Of a DNA stretch of 64,000 bases, positions 12,470-24,723 are shown in pieces (position 1 is the first letter of the stretch; each line of letters starts with the position of its first letter). A program made the translations under genes and the position numbers. Under the pieces are notes generated by a model. It was given only the letters and a program-made list of their open reading frames with translations. It did no database searches and was not told where the DNA came from. Location: NCBI RefSeq assembly GCF_037042905.1, contig NC_087250.1, positions 19,346,001-19,410,000 of the forward strand. The letters run 5' to 3'. This DNA comes from Lytechinus pictus (taxonomy: Eukaryota).

Positions 12470-13212
12470 CAGTCCGACCTCTCTTTTCTGGTTACGTTGG
12501 GACCAGCACCAATATGGATAAGGGATTTATCCGGATCTGGGAGACCCAATATTAAATACGCGCAGCTGCCTCACAAATGGTAGCTACACATAATCTATTG
12601 CAGTGGACCTACAGACAGTATTTCACTGCTGTCAGTACAAATAATGGGGGTTTTTTTGCGGAAATGAAATCGAGTGGTTGCCAAAACTCTTGGATGATTT
12701 ACCTGCTGAAATGATAGAGGAATACATCGAGCATACCGTGAAAGAAAAAAAATTACTTGATGAAAGTAAGAGTCTAACGTAAAAAATTGGATCATCTTTG
12801 CAAATTCAGCCATTGTTACACTAACTGTATGCTCAAACACGATAGATGTCGCTGTCCTAATACTAATGAAAGACTAGGCAGGAGCATGGACAGAAATTTC
12901 TGTGGGCCTGGGCGTGCTAGCGAGACATGCATTGTTTTGTAAACAATAAAAATAAAACGTGATGAAATAACAAAATGCTTGTATTCTTTCGGTGATTTGG
13001 GCAAGATATTTTCATAAAAAGTAATGATGTTGCAGATATAAACTATATTGGAAAATGTATGTAATCAAAGTGAATTTGCGTAGAAATTTTAGATTGAAAT
13101 CCCTATTCCCCACGTACTAGATTAAAACAAAAATAAAAAAATCTCTGCAACTTTGCATCCAGAAAATATAGAGATCTAGATAAGGGGAGGCCAGATAAGA
13201 GAGGTCGGATTG
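12470..13212. mobile_element. Tc1/mariner (pogo-like) MITE, TA TSD
   Basis: ta|cagtccgacctctcttttctgg ... ccagataagagaggtcggattg|ta. Confidence 0.8.
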
Positions 13213-13320
13213 TACATCAAAACTTCACTGCGGGCAAAGGATAATTACAGTCAAAAAGTCCATCCAGTATTCAAAGTCCTTCCTATCATACAACTCCATT
13301 TCATTTTAAATCATCTTTAC

Positions 13321-13626
13321 CTGAAAGATTTCCACCCTGTCCAGTTACTTGTCCATTGTCATCCAAAGAAGTTGCCTGGGACTGCTTGGGGGTTTGGTCA
13401 GTTCCTTGAGCTCCCTCTGTTAGTTTGGTCTTCTGATCACATGACTGGGTGTTGAGATCACCTGATTGACTACCCTGATCACCTGATGATGTTGGATTGG
13501 TTTGTAATGGGATGGATTTATCAAAGTCTGTTGATTCAAGGAGATTACCATTTCCCAAGTCCTTTAGGATCGGTTTCTTTTCACTTTGCTGAGGCTGCAA
13601 AAGCTCCGATGGACGGACATCTAATC
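13321..13626 (-). CDS. ZNF gene copy A, 306-bp low-complexity linker exon (phase 1-1)
   Basis: aaatag|GA TTA GAT GTC (GLDVRPSELLQ...GGNLS) G|gtaaag; same length and open frame in copy B. Confidence 0.85.
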
Positions 13627-13840
13627 CTATTTTCAAAAGAAGAGTGAAGGTTGGAAGATGTCTCAAGAACTTTTCAGTAAAATTAAAAAAAAGAAGGATC
13701 TTGTAGGTAACTATTTTTGCTACCTGCAGGTTGCCCACATTGACAGTCTCTAGCATGCATCTCACATGCAGCGTATAGTTTATTTTTTTCTTTACGTAGT
13801 ACATAGTATATGATAGTAATAACATCCTGATCATTATTAA

Positions 13841-15177
13841 AGGACAAGTCCACGCAAACGAGAAGTTGATTTGAATAAAAACAAGAGTGTCACTAAGGCG
13901 AGCACATAATACGCCCGTCTGTAATGCGGAAAATGGAGCTACTGGTCAAGCAAGCAAAGTGGAAGATGGCAACTTCACCTTTGACCTTCTGACCTCAAAA
14001 TCAATATAATTGTTAGGATCTATGCTAGTATCATACACACCAAACTATATGAGCCCAGGTTAAGTTCAACTAAAGTTATCTCGTGAACAAGGACTGCAGA
14101 AGGGTAAGATGAAAACATGTCACTGTGATCTTGACCTTTTGACCTCAAAACCAATAGGCTTGCTGGGATCCATGCTAGTATCATACACACCAAACTATAT
14201 GAGCCCAGGTTAAGTTCAACTAAAGTTATCTCGTGAACAAGGACTGCAGAAGGGTAAGATGAAATACGTCACTGTGACCTTGACCTTTGACCTCAAAAAT
14301 CAATAGGCTTCCTGGGATCCATGCTAGTATCATACACACCAAATTATATGAGTCTAGGTTAAGTTAAACTGAAGTTATCGCATTTACAAGGACTGCAGAA
14401 GGGTACGATGAAAATACGTCACTGTGACCATGACCTTTGACCTTTTGACCTCAAAATCGATAGGCTTCTTGAGATCTATGCTAGTATCATACAAACCAAA
14501 TTATATGAGCCTAGGTCAAGTTAAACTGAAGTTATCGCGTTTACAAGGAAAAGTTAACGGACGGACGGACGGACACCGAGCGTGATACCATAATACGTCC
14601 CGTCGAGACGGGCGTATAAAAAGAAAAATCCAACAAGCACAACACTGAAAATTTCATTAAAATCGGATGTAAAATAAGAAAGTTATGGCATTTTAAAGTT
14701 TTGCTTAAATTCACAAAACAGTTATATGCACATCCTGGTCGATATGCAAATGAGGAGACTGATGACGTTCCACTCACTATTTCTTTTGTATTTTGTGAGA
14801 AATATGTAATATTCTAATTGTCTCCCCATTGTCAAGCGAAACAACGATTAATTCCTCCATGAACATGTGGAATTAGCATTGTTTAATACTATGTGGTTCA
14901 ATCAAGTTGGTCCTTATTGTCAAATTTGTAAAATATGAAATATTGTATAATTCGAACAATAAAAAACAAAAGAAATAGTGAGTGAGGGACATCATCGAAT
15001 GTCTCATTTGCATGTCACTGAGTTTTGCATATCACTGTTTTGTGAAAACTAAGCGAAAATTTAAAATGTCATAACTTTCTTATTTTACATCCGATTTTGA
15101 TGAAATTTTCATCATAATACTTGTATGATTTTTCTCTATTTATTCAAATAGACATTTTTCTGGGGTGGACTTGACCT
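13841..15177. mobile_element. Kolobok-like MITE (TTAA target, AGG...CCT ends); shared with copy B (~54173-55687); another copy at 31490-32089
   Basis: ttaa|aggacaagtccac ... gtggacttgacct|ttaa. Confidence 0.8.
13879..14618 (+). mobile_element. HINE/pearl-like element (family 3) with ~140-bp tandem units
   Basis: aacaagagtg...ataatacgcccgtc; units tgacctcaaaatcaataggctt...; (ggac)n; 3' hairpin atacgtcccgtcgagacgggcgtat; inserted in an A-run and absent from copy B. Confidence 0.8.
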
Positions 15178-15376
15178 TTAATAGGTGGTTTGTTGCCATT
15201 TATGCATGGGAGAGCAAAAACTTAACTCAGTGAGGTTATCATGAATCACTAACATTTAATGATATTTTTCTTTCAAGTCTCACACAACTTATCAGACCAA
15301 ATTCTTATGCCAAGGTACACCGTGCACCACCTTCCCAGAAACCAGTGTTTTCATGGAAGTCAAATATTCTAATATA

Positions 15377-16145
15377 CAGTGCGTCCCACAAAAAACGAAA
15401 CCGAGATTAATCAATGATTTATCATAACTCAATCAAAAATACAATAGACAAATGACCTACTTATTCACGCATGAGTGAGCAAAAACAATTTGAAGAGGGG
15501 ATACCAAAAAGTCACTTGGCGGGCTGTATCTGGGTTTCAAAACGAAAACCACATTTTTAAAAATTTCAATATCTGCTCTTTAATTTGATACATTACAGAA
15601 ATTGGTCAAGAAATGACAAAGTTCTGGTCATTTTAAATAAGGCTTGAATTTCAATAATTTCATAAAATGAAGCAGATTTACAGGCTAGCTTTCAAACTCA
15701 CTCGACACTCTGCTTTGTTGACGATCAGCCATGCATTAAGTCTTTTGTTAACCGTGTGATAGCTTCTGCGGGAAACCGGTGAAAACATGTTTATTTAATG
15801 AAATTATGGAAATACACGTACAAGCATTGTTTCGAGAGAACATAACTTTTTTACTTCTTGACCATTTTCTGTGATTAAGGTATCAAATAAAAGAGCAGAT
15901 ATTGAACTTTTAGGCATGCAATTTTCTCTTTGAAATTTAAATACCCCCCACCAAATGAGTTTTTGGTATCCTTTCTTCAAATTGTTTTTGGTCACTCATG
16001 CGTGAATGAGGAATAATCTAAGTAATTTCAGAACAAAGAGGACATTCTAAGCTTTACAATGGTAGGTCATTTGTCTATTATATTTATGATTAAGTTATGA
16101 TAAATCATTGCTAAATCTCGGTTTCATGTTTTGTGGGATGCACTG
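15377..16145. mobile_element. Tc1/mariner-type MITE, TA TSD
   Basis: ta|cagtgcgtcccacaaaaaacgaaaccgagatt ... aatctcggtttcatgttttgtgggatgcactg|ta; absent from copy B. Confidence 0.85.
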
Positions 16146-16282
16146 TAGAAAGGGTTAATGCCTTTTACACTTTGTCATGATTTAGGACATCTTTAAAATA
16201 TTTCTGACGTAATACATTACTGATACACAAACTTTTAGAAGTCATAATGAAATATGGCATTATGCCAGCTACATCCACAAAC

Positions 16283-16384
16283 CTCTTGACTTTCTTTCTT
16301 CCTTCCCTCCATCACTTTCCTCTTTGATCTCTTTCTTTATAACTTGCACACGTTGCATGAACTTTGGTTGATTTACTTGTAATC
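16283..16384 (-). CDS. ZNF gene copy A, cassette exon c (102 bp, phase 1-1)
   Basis: tgtttttacacatag|GA TTA CAA...: GLQVNQPKFMQRVQVIKKEIKEESDGGKEERKSR G|gtttgt. Confidence 0.72.
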
Positions 16385-16871
16385 CTATGTGTAAAAACAG
16401 AACAAATTGTCACAAAAAAATTCACAAATTTGAACAGATGTTTAATCAAGGAAACTAGTTTTGTACGCGATTTTTTTTCTGAGGGGCTTGAACAACGTTG
16501 ATCAAATAAACAAGGTACTGGAGGAAATGATATTGTCTGTGCGGCCTGAATGACTTTGATCAAAAATTCAATTTACATTTAGAGTCTCTCCAAGTTACCA
16601 TCTATTAGGCCAGTCAAGTTGAGATAATAACTTTTAAAAACAATTTTTTGTTATATTGCAATTTGTACAATTTTGTTCAAACTTTAGTCTAGACCTCCTC
16701 TGATGTTTTTTCCTGATTTCTTTGGGGTTGGAGTCCCCTTAGTTTGGAGAATTTTCTTTGAAAAGTTTGCTCTGTGAAATAGTTGTAGGTTTCTAACACA
16801 ATACATTACTGATACACATACATTTAGAAGCCATCATGAAATATGACATTATGCCAGCGACATTCACAAAC

Positions 16872-16976
16872 CTCTTGACTTTCTTTCCTCCTCCCCTCCA
16901 TCACTTTCCTCTTTGATCTCTTTCTTTATAACTTGCACACGTTGCATGAACTTTGGTTGATTTACAACAGGTATTC
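16872..16976 (-). CDS. ZNF gene copy A, cassette exon b (105 bp, phase 1-1)
   Basis: cttatacacacag|GA ATA CCT GTT...: GIPVVNQPKFMQRVQVIKKEIKEESDGGEEERKSR G|gtttgt; frame-preserving +3 bp. Confidence 0.65.
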
Positions 16977-17368
16977 CTGTGTGTATAAGCAGATCAAATA
17001 AACAAGGTACTGGGAGCATATGATATTGTCTGTGCGGATTGAATGACTTTGATCAAAATTTCAAATTATATTTAATGTCTTTCCAAGTTACCAGCTTTTA
17101 CGCCAATCAAGTTGAGATTATAACTTTTTGAAACAATTTTTTATTATATTGAAATTTGTACAACTTTGTTCAAACTTTAGTCTAGACCTCCTCTGATGTT
17201 TTTCATGATTTCTTTGGGGTTGGAGTCCCCTTAGTTTGGAGAATTTTCTTCGAAAAAAAAGGTCTGCTCTGTGAAATAGTTACAGGTTTCTGACACAGTA
17301 CATTACAGATACACATACTTTTAGATATCATCATGACATATGACATTACGCCAGCGACATTCACAAAC

Positions 17369-17470
17369 CTCCTGACTCTATTTCCTCCTCCCCTCCATCA
17401 CTTTCCTCTTTGATCTCTTCCTTTATAACTTGCACACGTTGCATGAACTTTGGTTGATTTACCTGTAATC
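17369..17470 (-). CDS. ZNF gene copy A, cassette exon a (102 bp, phase 1-1)
   Basis: ctgtttgtacacacag|GA TTA CAG...: GLQVNQPKFMQRVQVIKEEIKEESDGGEEEIESG G|gtttgt. Continues the aKRAB similarity (cf. PRDM9 GLRATRPAFM). Confidence 0.8.
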
Positions 17471-17942
17471 CTGTGTGTACAAACAGAACAAATTGTCACA
17501 AAAAGTTCACATATTTGAACAGATAATTCATCAATGAAACAAGTTATCTACACGATTTTTTTCTGAGCGGCTTGAACAACGTTGATCAAATAAACAAGGT
17601 ACTGGAGGAAATGCTATTGTCTGTGCAGCCTGAATGACTTTGATCAAAAATTCAATTTACATTTTAGTGTCTCTCCAAGTTACCATCTTTTAGGCCATTC
17701 AAGTTGAGATTATAACTTTTAAAAACATTTTTTTTGTTATATTGAAATTTGTATAATTTTGTTCAAACTTTAGTCTAGACCTCCTCTGATGTTTTTTCAT
17801 GATTTCTTTTGGGGTTGGAGTCTGATTAGTTTGGAGAATTTTCTTTAAAGAAAAAAGGTTTGCTCTGTGAAATACTTCGCAGGTTTAATACCAGGAGGAT
17901 AGAATCATCCTTCAACAAATTAAAAAAATTGAATGTACGTAC

Positions 17943-18078
17943 CAAGATTTATCATCATCTCATAGTTCTCTTTGACATTCTTGATACATGTTCTCTCATA
18001 AACGCTGATCTTTGCCCATTCCTTGGCTGTGAAGTAAACCTGGACATCTGAATATTGATCCATCTCTGGAAGGGACAT
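17943..18078 (-). CDS. ZNF gene copy A, first coding exon: PRDM9/Meisetz-like ancestral KRAB (aKRAB) domain
   Basis: Acceptor at 18115 (atatcacag|), start atcaccATG at 18078, MSLPEMDQYSDVQVYFTAKEWAKISVYERTCIKNVKENYEMMINL G|gtacgt. Matches by eye the human PRDM9 KRAB [38 protein letters not shown]. Confidence 0.85.
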
Positions 18079-18451
18079 GGTGATTAACTTCCAACCCAAC
18101 GGCACAAAGACTTTCCTGTGATATGCATCAAATAGTAGAAATAAAATTTGCATTTAAAAGTAGAAATAATTGTGAAAGTTTAATTAAAGCTAAATGAACG
18201 TAGTTGCAGTAAAACACTGATTTTGTGAGAAAGTCTGTAAAACCAAGGTAAAGTATTATATCATCGTGGATCTAGATCTGGTACAGTTACATAAACTGAA
18301 CTTTGTGAAATCATAATATCTAGCTAAAAACGATCACACTGAAGATCGCCAACACAGATAGGCACACGTGGGACAGTGTATTATTATTGCTGGAATAAAG
18401 ACCCGACGGAAGTGACCGAATCCGCGCTTATTTTGCCTATTTCTCAGCAAT

Positions 18452-18901
18452 AGACCAGTTCGTAGTTACCTCATGGACAATTTTGGTCAAATGACCTTTC
18501 ATTTCTTTCATTATGATAGGCAGATTTCAAAGCAAGATATTACGTAAGCTTGCCTTATATAGCAGGATGAAGAAATTGAAAAGACTTGATGACTAGAATA
18601 GCTCACCAATGAACACTTTATGAAGGTATTTGTTGCATTCCTACTTTAAATGCATATCATAGCATGTTGCACAATGTACTTGGCAAACTGTGAAATACCA
18701 GCCGTTCGTGGACGCATTGTTTTTTTTTTTTTTATGTAAATGAAACCACAATTCAAAAGAATATATGAATAATCAAGACATCAAAGTTGGTGCTTATCTC
18801 ATTAGATTTTAAACCACCATGTCACTTTAGTACAAATGACCTTCCTCTGATCATGCGTAGAATCTTTTGATCATGCGCAGAAAGGAACTACGAACTGGCT
18901 T
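18452..18901. mobile_element. MITE with ~17-bp TIR in an AT site (superfamily uncertain)
   Basis: at|agaccagttcgtagtt ... aactacgaactggctt|at. Confidence 0.65.
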
Positions 18902-19760
18902 ATTACACAATTTCCTCCAGAATCCTTTGGCACATATTTTTTATTCATGAATACAAACAGACACTTTGGTGATCATTATACTGTGCGTCCCAAAAAAAAT
19001 ATACAGTTTTAAAATGGCTGCCAAATAAAAAATGTAGCACTTTGGGGGAAGAGACTTATAGATATGGAAAGCCAATAAAGTCAACTTTCAAATGACACCA
19101 AAAAGTTGGAAAACTATTCATGCTTGAGCGAGCACTGCCCACTGAAACAAAGGGTATGAAAATTAGGGTGGGCCGGAATAGATTCCAATTTCTTTCAGGT
19201 TTTTTTTTGTTTGGTACTTGCAAAGTTCAGGGTTATTTGGTGAATTAAAGATCAGTTGTGATCAGTTTGTTGTTTGTGAAAATTTAATGCGTTATTAAAT
19301 TGAAATTTAATGCATGAGTGATCATGAATAGCAATTTTTAGTGAAGCATTTTGTCATTATTATGTGGATCTCAACAATGTTCATGACAGTCAGAAGAGGG
19401 GGTGATATGACTTAGGTAGGTGAAGTATAATACGTTGATGGGATAAAGGTCAACAGAACATTTAGCACCCCCTCTCTCATCTCACCCCCCCCCCCCACGC
19501 TTCTCTCCTCCTGAGAGACTATGAACTCGGGTAGGCTTGGCAGGAATTAGCCTTAAAGTTTTTTTTGAGTGGTTAGTCCTTTGGAACTTGCTAAGCTAAA
19601 TTAATGAGTGAGATAAGTTTTGGTTTCTTAGGCAAATTTCATGAGTTACTAAATTGAAATGTAATGCATGAGTGAACAGGAATTGTAATTTTAGTGTAGC
19701 ATATTCATCTTGTGGACCTCAGAAATGTGATCATGAGAGTCAGAGTAATGTGATAGTACC

Positions 19761-22700
19761 TATGAGGCGCCGAATGTACCAATATTATATAGAACAATTA
19801 TTTGTTATATAATCATTATTTATTAAATAATAACTATTATTTATATATAATTTACATTTTATTTGTAAATAACTACTATTATATAAAATATCATTTCTAA
19901 TTATTTATATATAATTCCAAGTAATACTTCATTATTTGTAAATAATAATAGTTCGACATTCCATTATTTATAAATAATGATTATTTGTTTTTCATTATCT
20001 ATAAATAATGATTATTTGTTTTTCATTATTTATAAATAATGATTATTTGTTTTTCATTATTTACAAATAATGATTATTTGTTTTTCATTATTTATAAATA
20101 ATGATTATTTGTTTTTCATTATTTATAAATAATGATTATTTGTTTTTCATTATTTACAAATAATGATTATTTGTTTTTCATTATTTATAAATAATGATTA
20201 TTTGTTTTTCATTATTTACAAATAATGATTATTTGTTTTTCATTATTTATAAATAATGATTATTTGTTTTTCATTATTTATAAATAATTTGTTGAGTTTT
20301 CCATTATTTATAAATAATGATTATTTGTTAAATAATGAAAACGTCTACTTCATTATTTATAAATAATTTTTTCGAGTGCACCATTATTCTCATTATTTAT
20401 AAATAATCATTATTTAATGTTCGAGTTTTCCATTATTTATAAATAAAGATTATTTGTTAAATAATGAAATATCTACTTCATTATTTATAAATAATAATTT
20501 TGTTTCAATATCCCATTAATCATTATTTATAAACAATTTTTACAGTTTGCCATTATATACAAATAATCATTATTTATATACAAATAACCATTATTTATTA
20601 AATAATGCCATTATTTATTAAATAATGCCATTATTTATTAAATAATGGAAAACTCGCTATAACATGCAAATGTGGGACCGCCCATGATATGAATATTCAT
20701 GATGCGATTTCCTTTTTCTTGATTTTTCTTCACAAATTTTTGTCCATTTCCTCTTCATAATGACATTTCTTGAAGCAATTTTCTAGGGATATGGTCTGAT
20801 TGTAATATTCTTCATTTTCTATATAACTTCGTCTTCGTAGAAATATCAAAAAGTGTAATTTTATACGATTTTTCCTACAGTTCACAATCCCCATAGGCGC
20901 GCGTGTACGGTAGGGACAACCGGTGAATCGACGGAGTGCTCTTCATCGAAATACTACGTTGGTTGGTCCCCGGAAGTGGCGGGCGGAATTTAGCCCGAAT
21001 CCTCGATGGAAGTCGATCAAGTGCATATGAGCTGAGAGAGTGAAATATCAGTGTACTTGTACAGGCCCTTCTACTTTTTATAAATATTTCTTGTTGCTTT
21101 TTTTGTTTAGTTAATTTTTCCTGGTGTAGAGATAAGTTTCAGTTCTAATAATGCACTTCAAATACATTTTGGAGTGTCTGTTTGAGGCGTTTGGGGCGAT
21201 TTCACCCTGGCCCCAAAATGCTCGCAACGACAATACGGGGGCATGATGACCCCTAAATTTTTAAAAACTTATTTTTCTATTGAAAATTATCACAAAATTC
21301 ACCAAAAGTGTGCACGAAAGCCTTCGTATTTCACTTTTAAAACTCCAAAAAGTGCCCAAATGACAAGCTTGGTCGCTTCGCTGTGTCGCTTTCAACTTGA
21401 AAACGTTTACGCGTCTGCTTCCCCCCCCCCTCCTCCGAAAGAAATTATGTATACGGCCATGCTCTAAAGAGCCTGGCACATTGATTTATGTATACTTCAT
21501 TTTCATTATTTTTATCTCATTATCATCATGGCCTTACGCAGAATTTTTTCCGGGGGGGGGGTGGGGGGAGCAGGACGCGCGTAAACTTTCTCATAAAAAT
21601 CTTGAAAAAGCGAAGCGACCAAGCTTGTCATTTGAGCTTGGTCGCGTCGCTGTCTCGCTTTCAAGATTTTTTTGAGAAACTTTACGCGCGTCCTAGCTGC
21701 TCCCCCCCCCCCCCGGTAAAAATTCTGTGTAAGGCCATGATGATAATGTGATAAAAATAATGAAAATGAAAAGTACATATAAATCAATGTGCCATATGCT
21801 CTTTTGAGCATGGCCGTTCACAGAATTTCTTTCGGGGGGTGGGGGCAGACGCGCGTAAACGTTCTCAAGTTGAAAGCGAGACAGCGAAGCGACCAAGCTT
21901 GTCATTTGGGCTTGGTCCCGTGGCTGTCTCGCTTTCAAGATTTTTTTGAGAAAGTTTACGCGCGTCATGCTCCGGCCCCGGCCCCCCTGGAAAAAATTCT
22001 GCATAAGGCCATGTTGATAATGAGATAAAAATAATGAAAATGAAAGTATACATAAATCAATGTGCCAGGCTCTTTAGAGCATGGCCGTATACAGAATTTC
22101 TTTCGGAGGAGGGGGGGGGGGGGAAGCAGACGCGTAAACGTTCTCAAGTTGAAAGCGACACAGCGAAGCGACCAAGCTTGTCATTTGGGCACTTTTTGGA
22201 GTTTTAAAAGTGAAATACGAAGGCTTTCGTGCACACTTTTGGTGAATTTTGAGATAATTTTCAATAGAAAAATAAGTTTTTAAAAATTTAGGGGTCATCA
22301 TGCCCCCGTATTGTCGTTGCGAGCATTTTGGGGCCAGGGTGAAATCGCCCCAAACGCCTCAAACAGACACTCCAAAATGTATTTGAAGTGCATTATTAGA
22401 ACTGAAACTTATCTCTACACCAGGAAAAATTAACTTAACAAAAAAAGCAACAAGAAATATTTATAAAAAGTAGAAGGGCCTGTACAAGTACACTGATATT
22501 TCACTCTCTCAGCTCATATGCACTTGATCGACTTCCATCGAGGATTCGGGCTAAATTCCGCCCGCCACTTCCGGGGACCAACCAACGTAGTATTTCGATG
22601 AAGAGCACTCCGTCGATTCACCGGTTGTCCCTACCGTACACGCGCGCCTATGGGGATTGTGAACTGTAGGAAAAATCGTATAAAATTACACTTTTTGATA

Positions 22701-23843
22701 TTTCTACGAAGACGAAGTTATATAGAAAATGAAGAATATTACAATCAGACCATATCCCTAGAAAATTGCTTCAAGAAATGTCATTATGAAGAGGAAATGG
22801 ACAAAAATTTGTGAAGAAAAATCACGAAAAAGGAAATCGCATCATGAATATTCATATCATGGGCGGTCCCACATTTGCATGTTATAGCGAGTTTTCCATT
22901 ATTTAATAAATAATGGCATTATTTAATAAATAATGGCATTATTTAATAAATAATGGCATTATTTAATAAATAATGGCATTATTTAATAAATAATGGCATT
23001 ATTTAATAAATAATGGTTATTTGTATATAAATAATGATTATTTGTATATAATGGCAAACTGTAAAAATTGTTTATAAATAATGATTAATGGGATATTGAA
23101 ACAAAATTATTATTTATAAATAATGAAGTAGATATTTCATTATTTAACAAATAATCTTTATTTATAAATAATGGAAAACTCGAACATTAAATAATGATTA
23201 TTTATAAATAATGAGAATAATGGTGCACTCGAAAAAATTATTTATAAATAATGAAGTAGACGTTTTCATTATTTAACAAATAATCATTATTTATAAATAA
23301 TGGAAAACTCAACAAATTATTTATAAATAATGAAAAACAAATAATCATTATTTGTAAATAATGAAAAACAAATAATCATTATTTATAAATAATGAAAAAC
23401 AAATAATCATTATTTATAAATAATCAAAAACAAATAATCATTATTTATAAATAATGAAAAACAAATAATCATTATTTGTAAATAATGAAAAACAAATTAT
23501 CATTATTTATAAATAATGACAAACAAATAATCATTATTTATAAATAATGAAAAACAAATAATCATTATTTGTAAATAATGAAAAACAAATAATCATTATT
23601 TATAAATAATGAAAAACAAATAATCATTATTTATAAATAATGGAATGTCGAACTATTATTATTTACAAATAATGAAGTATTACTTGGAATTATATATAAA
23701 TAATTAGAAATGATATTTTATATAATAGTAGTTATTTACAAATAAAATGTAAATTATATATAAATAATAGTTATTATTTAATAAATAATGATTATATAAC
23801 AAATAATTGTTCTATATAATATTGGTACATTCGGCGCCTCATA
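19761..23843. mobile_element. 4.1-kb foldback (near-perfect palindrome) transposon, TAT...ATA ends, 6-bp TSD AGTACC (IS3EU-like signature)
   Basis: agtacc|tatgaggcgccgaatgtacc ... ggtacattcggcgcctcata|agtacc; arms ~19761-21607 and ~21933-23843; no protein-like ORF. Confidence 0.9.
19963..20290. repeat. 31-bp AT-rich minisatellite in the foldback arm (mirror copy ~23315-23645)
   Basis: ~10 units of ttatttataaataatgattatttgtttttca, each junction forming the palindrome cattatttataaataatg. Confidence 0.9.
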
Positions 23844-24723
23844 AGTACCTGGGGCATTCCTCTTTTTGTCCTTTTACAAATTAAAAGTCATATGTACCCT
23901 CCCCTCTCCACCTCCGTTTCCCAGCCCCCCTCTCCCTCTCTGTCTCACTTTGTGGATTGTAGCCTATTCAAAATTTAACTGCCACTAAAATGACTGGTGG
24001 CTGATGGTCAGTTTTTCTATTGAATGATTACCACGAAATTTAATGATTATGATGATTAATGAAATAATTTATTGAAAAAACTGAATGTTTGATCACATTG
24101 CACATTGAATGAGTCGATTTACTGATAAATTGCTGATTAAATGATTGATAGGAAAATTCAAAATTAATCATTAAATCAACATTCTGCTCTGGACTTCACG
24201 CGTACATGACAATAGCAATCAGTCTCTCAACAGGAGGGGAGGGCGAGAAAGAGGGAGGGGGCGGGGCTGAATGTTTTGTTGACCCTTATTCCATCAACCT
24301 ACTTCTCCCACTTAAGTCCTTTCTCACCCCCTATTCTCCCGACTCCCATGAACACATTGCTGAGATCCACATGATAAAGTTGAAATGCTACCCAAAAAGA
24401 GATCCAAATGATAAACTTGAAATGCTGCCCAAAAAGTGTAATTTGTGTTCACTCATGCATTAAAGTTCAATTTAATAATTTTAATTTATAAAATTTGCTT
24501 AAGCAACCAAAACTGGTTACGGTTGATCATTAATTTATCACAACGCCCTTAACTTAACATGTTCGAAAGGATTTGCCTCTCAAAAACTGACATAAATTGG
24601 AAGGCTAATTCCAGCCCACCCCAATTTTCATACCCTTTGTTTCAGTGGGCAGTGCTCGCTTAAGCATGAATAATTTTCCAACTTTTTGGTGTCATTTGAA
24701 ATTTGACTTTATTGGCTTTCCAT

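Noticed and set aside
10650..18078. Calling the gene PRDM9
   Set aside because: No PR/SET or SSXRD exon was found and the fingers are heterogeneous rather than a homogenised minisatellite; only the aKRAB and layout are PRDM9-like.
21243..22301. Cluster of mirrored short ORFs
   Set aside because: Products of the palindrome and G/C runs; no domain-like content.
19761..23843. Palindrome as an assembly fold-back artefact
   Set aside because: It has an exact 6-bp TSD, arm-specific repeat counts and substitutions, and an asymmetric centre.
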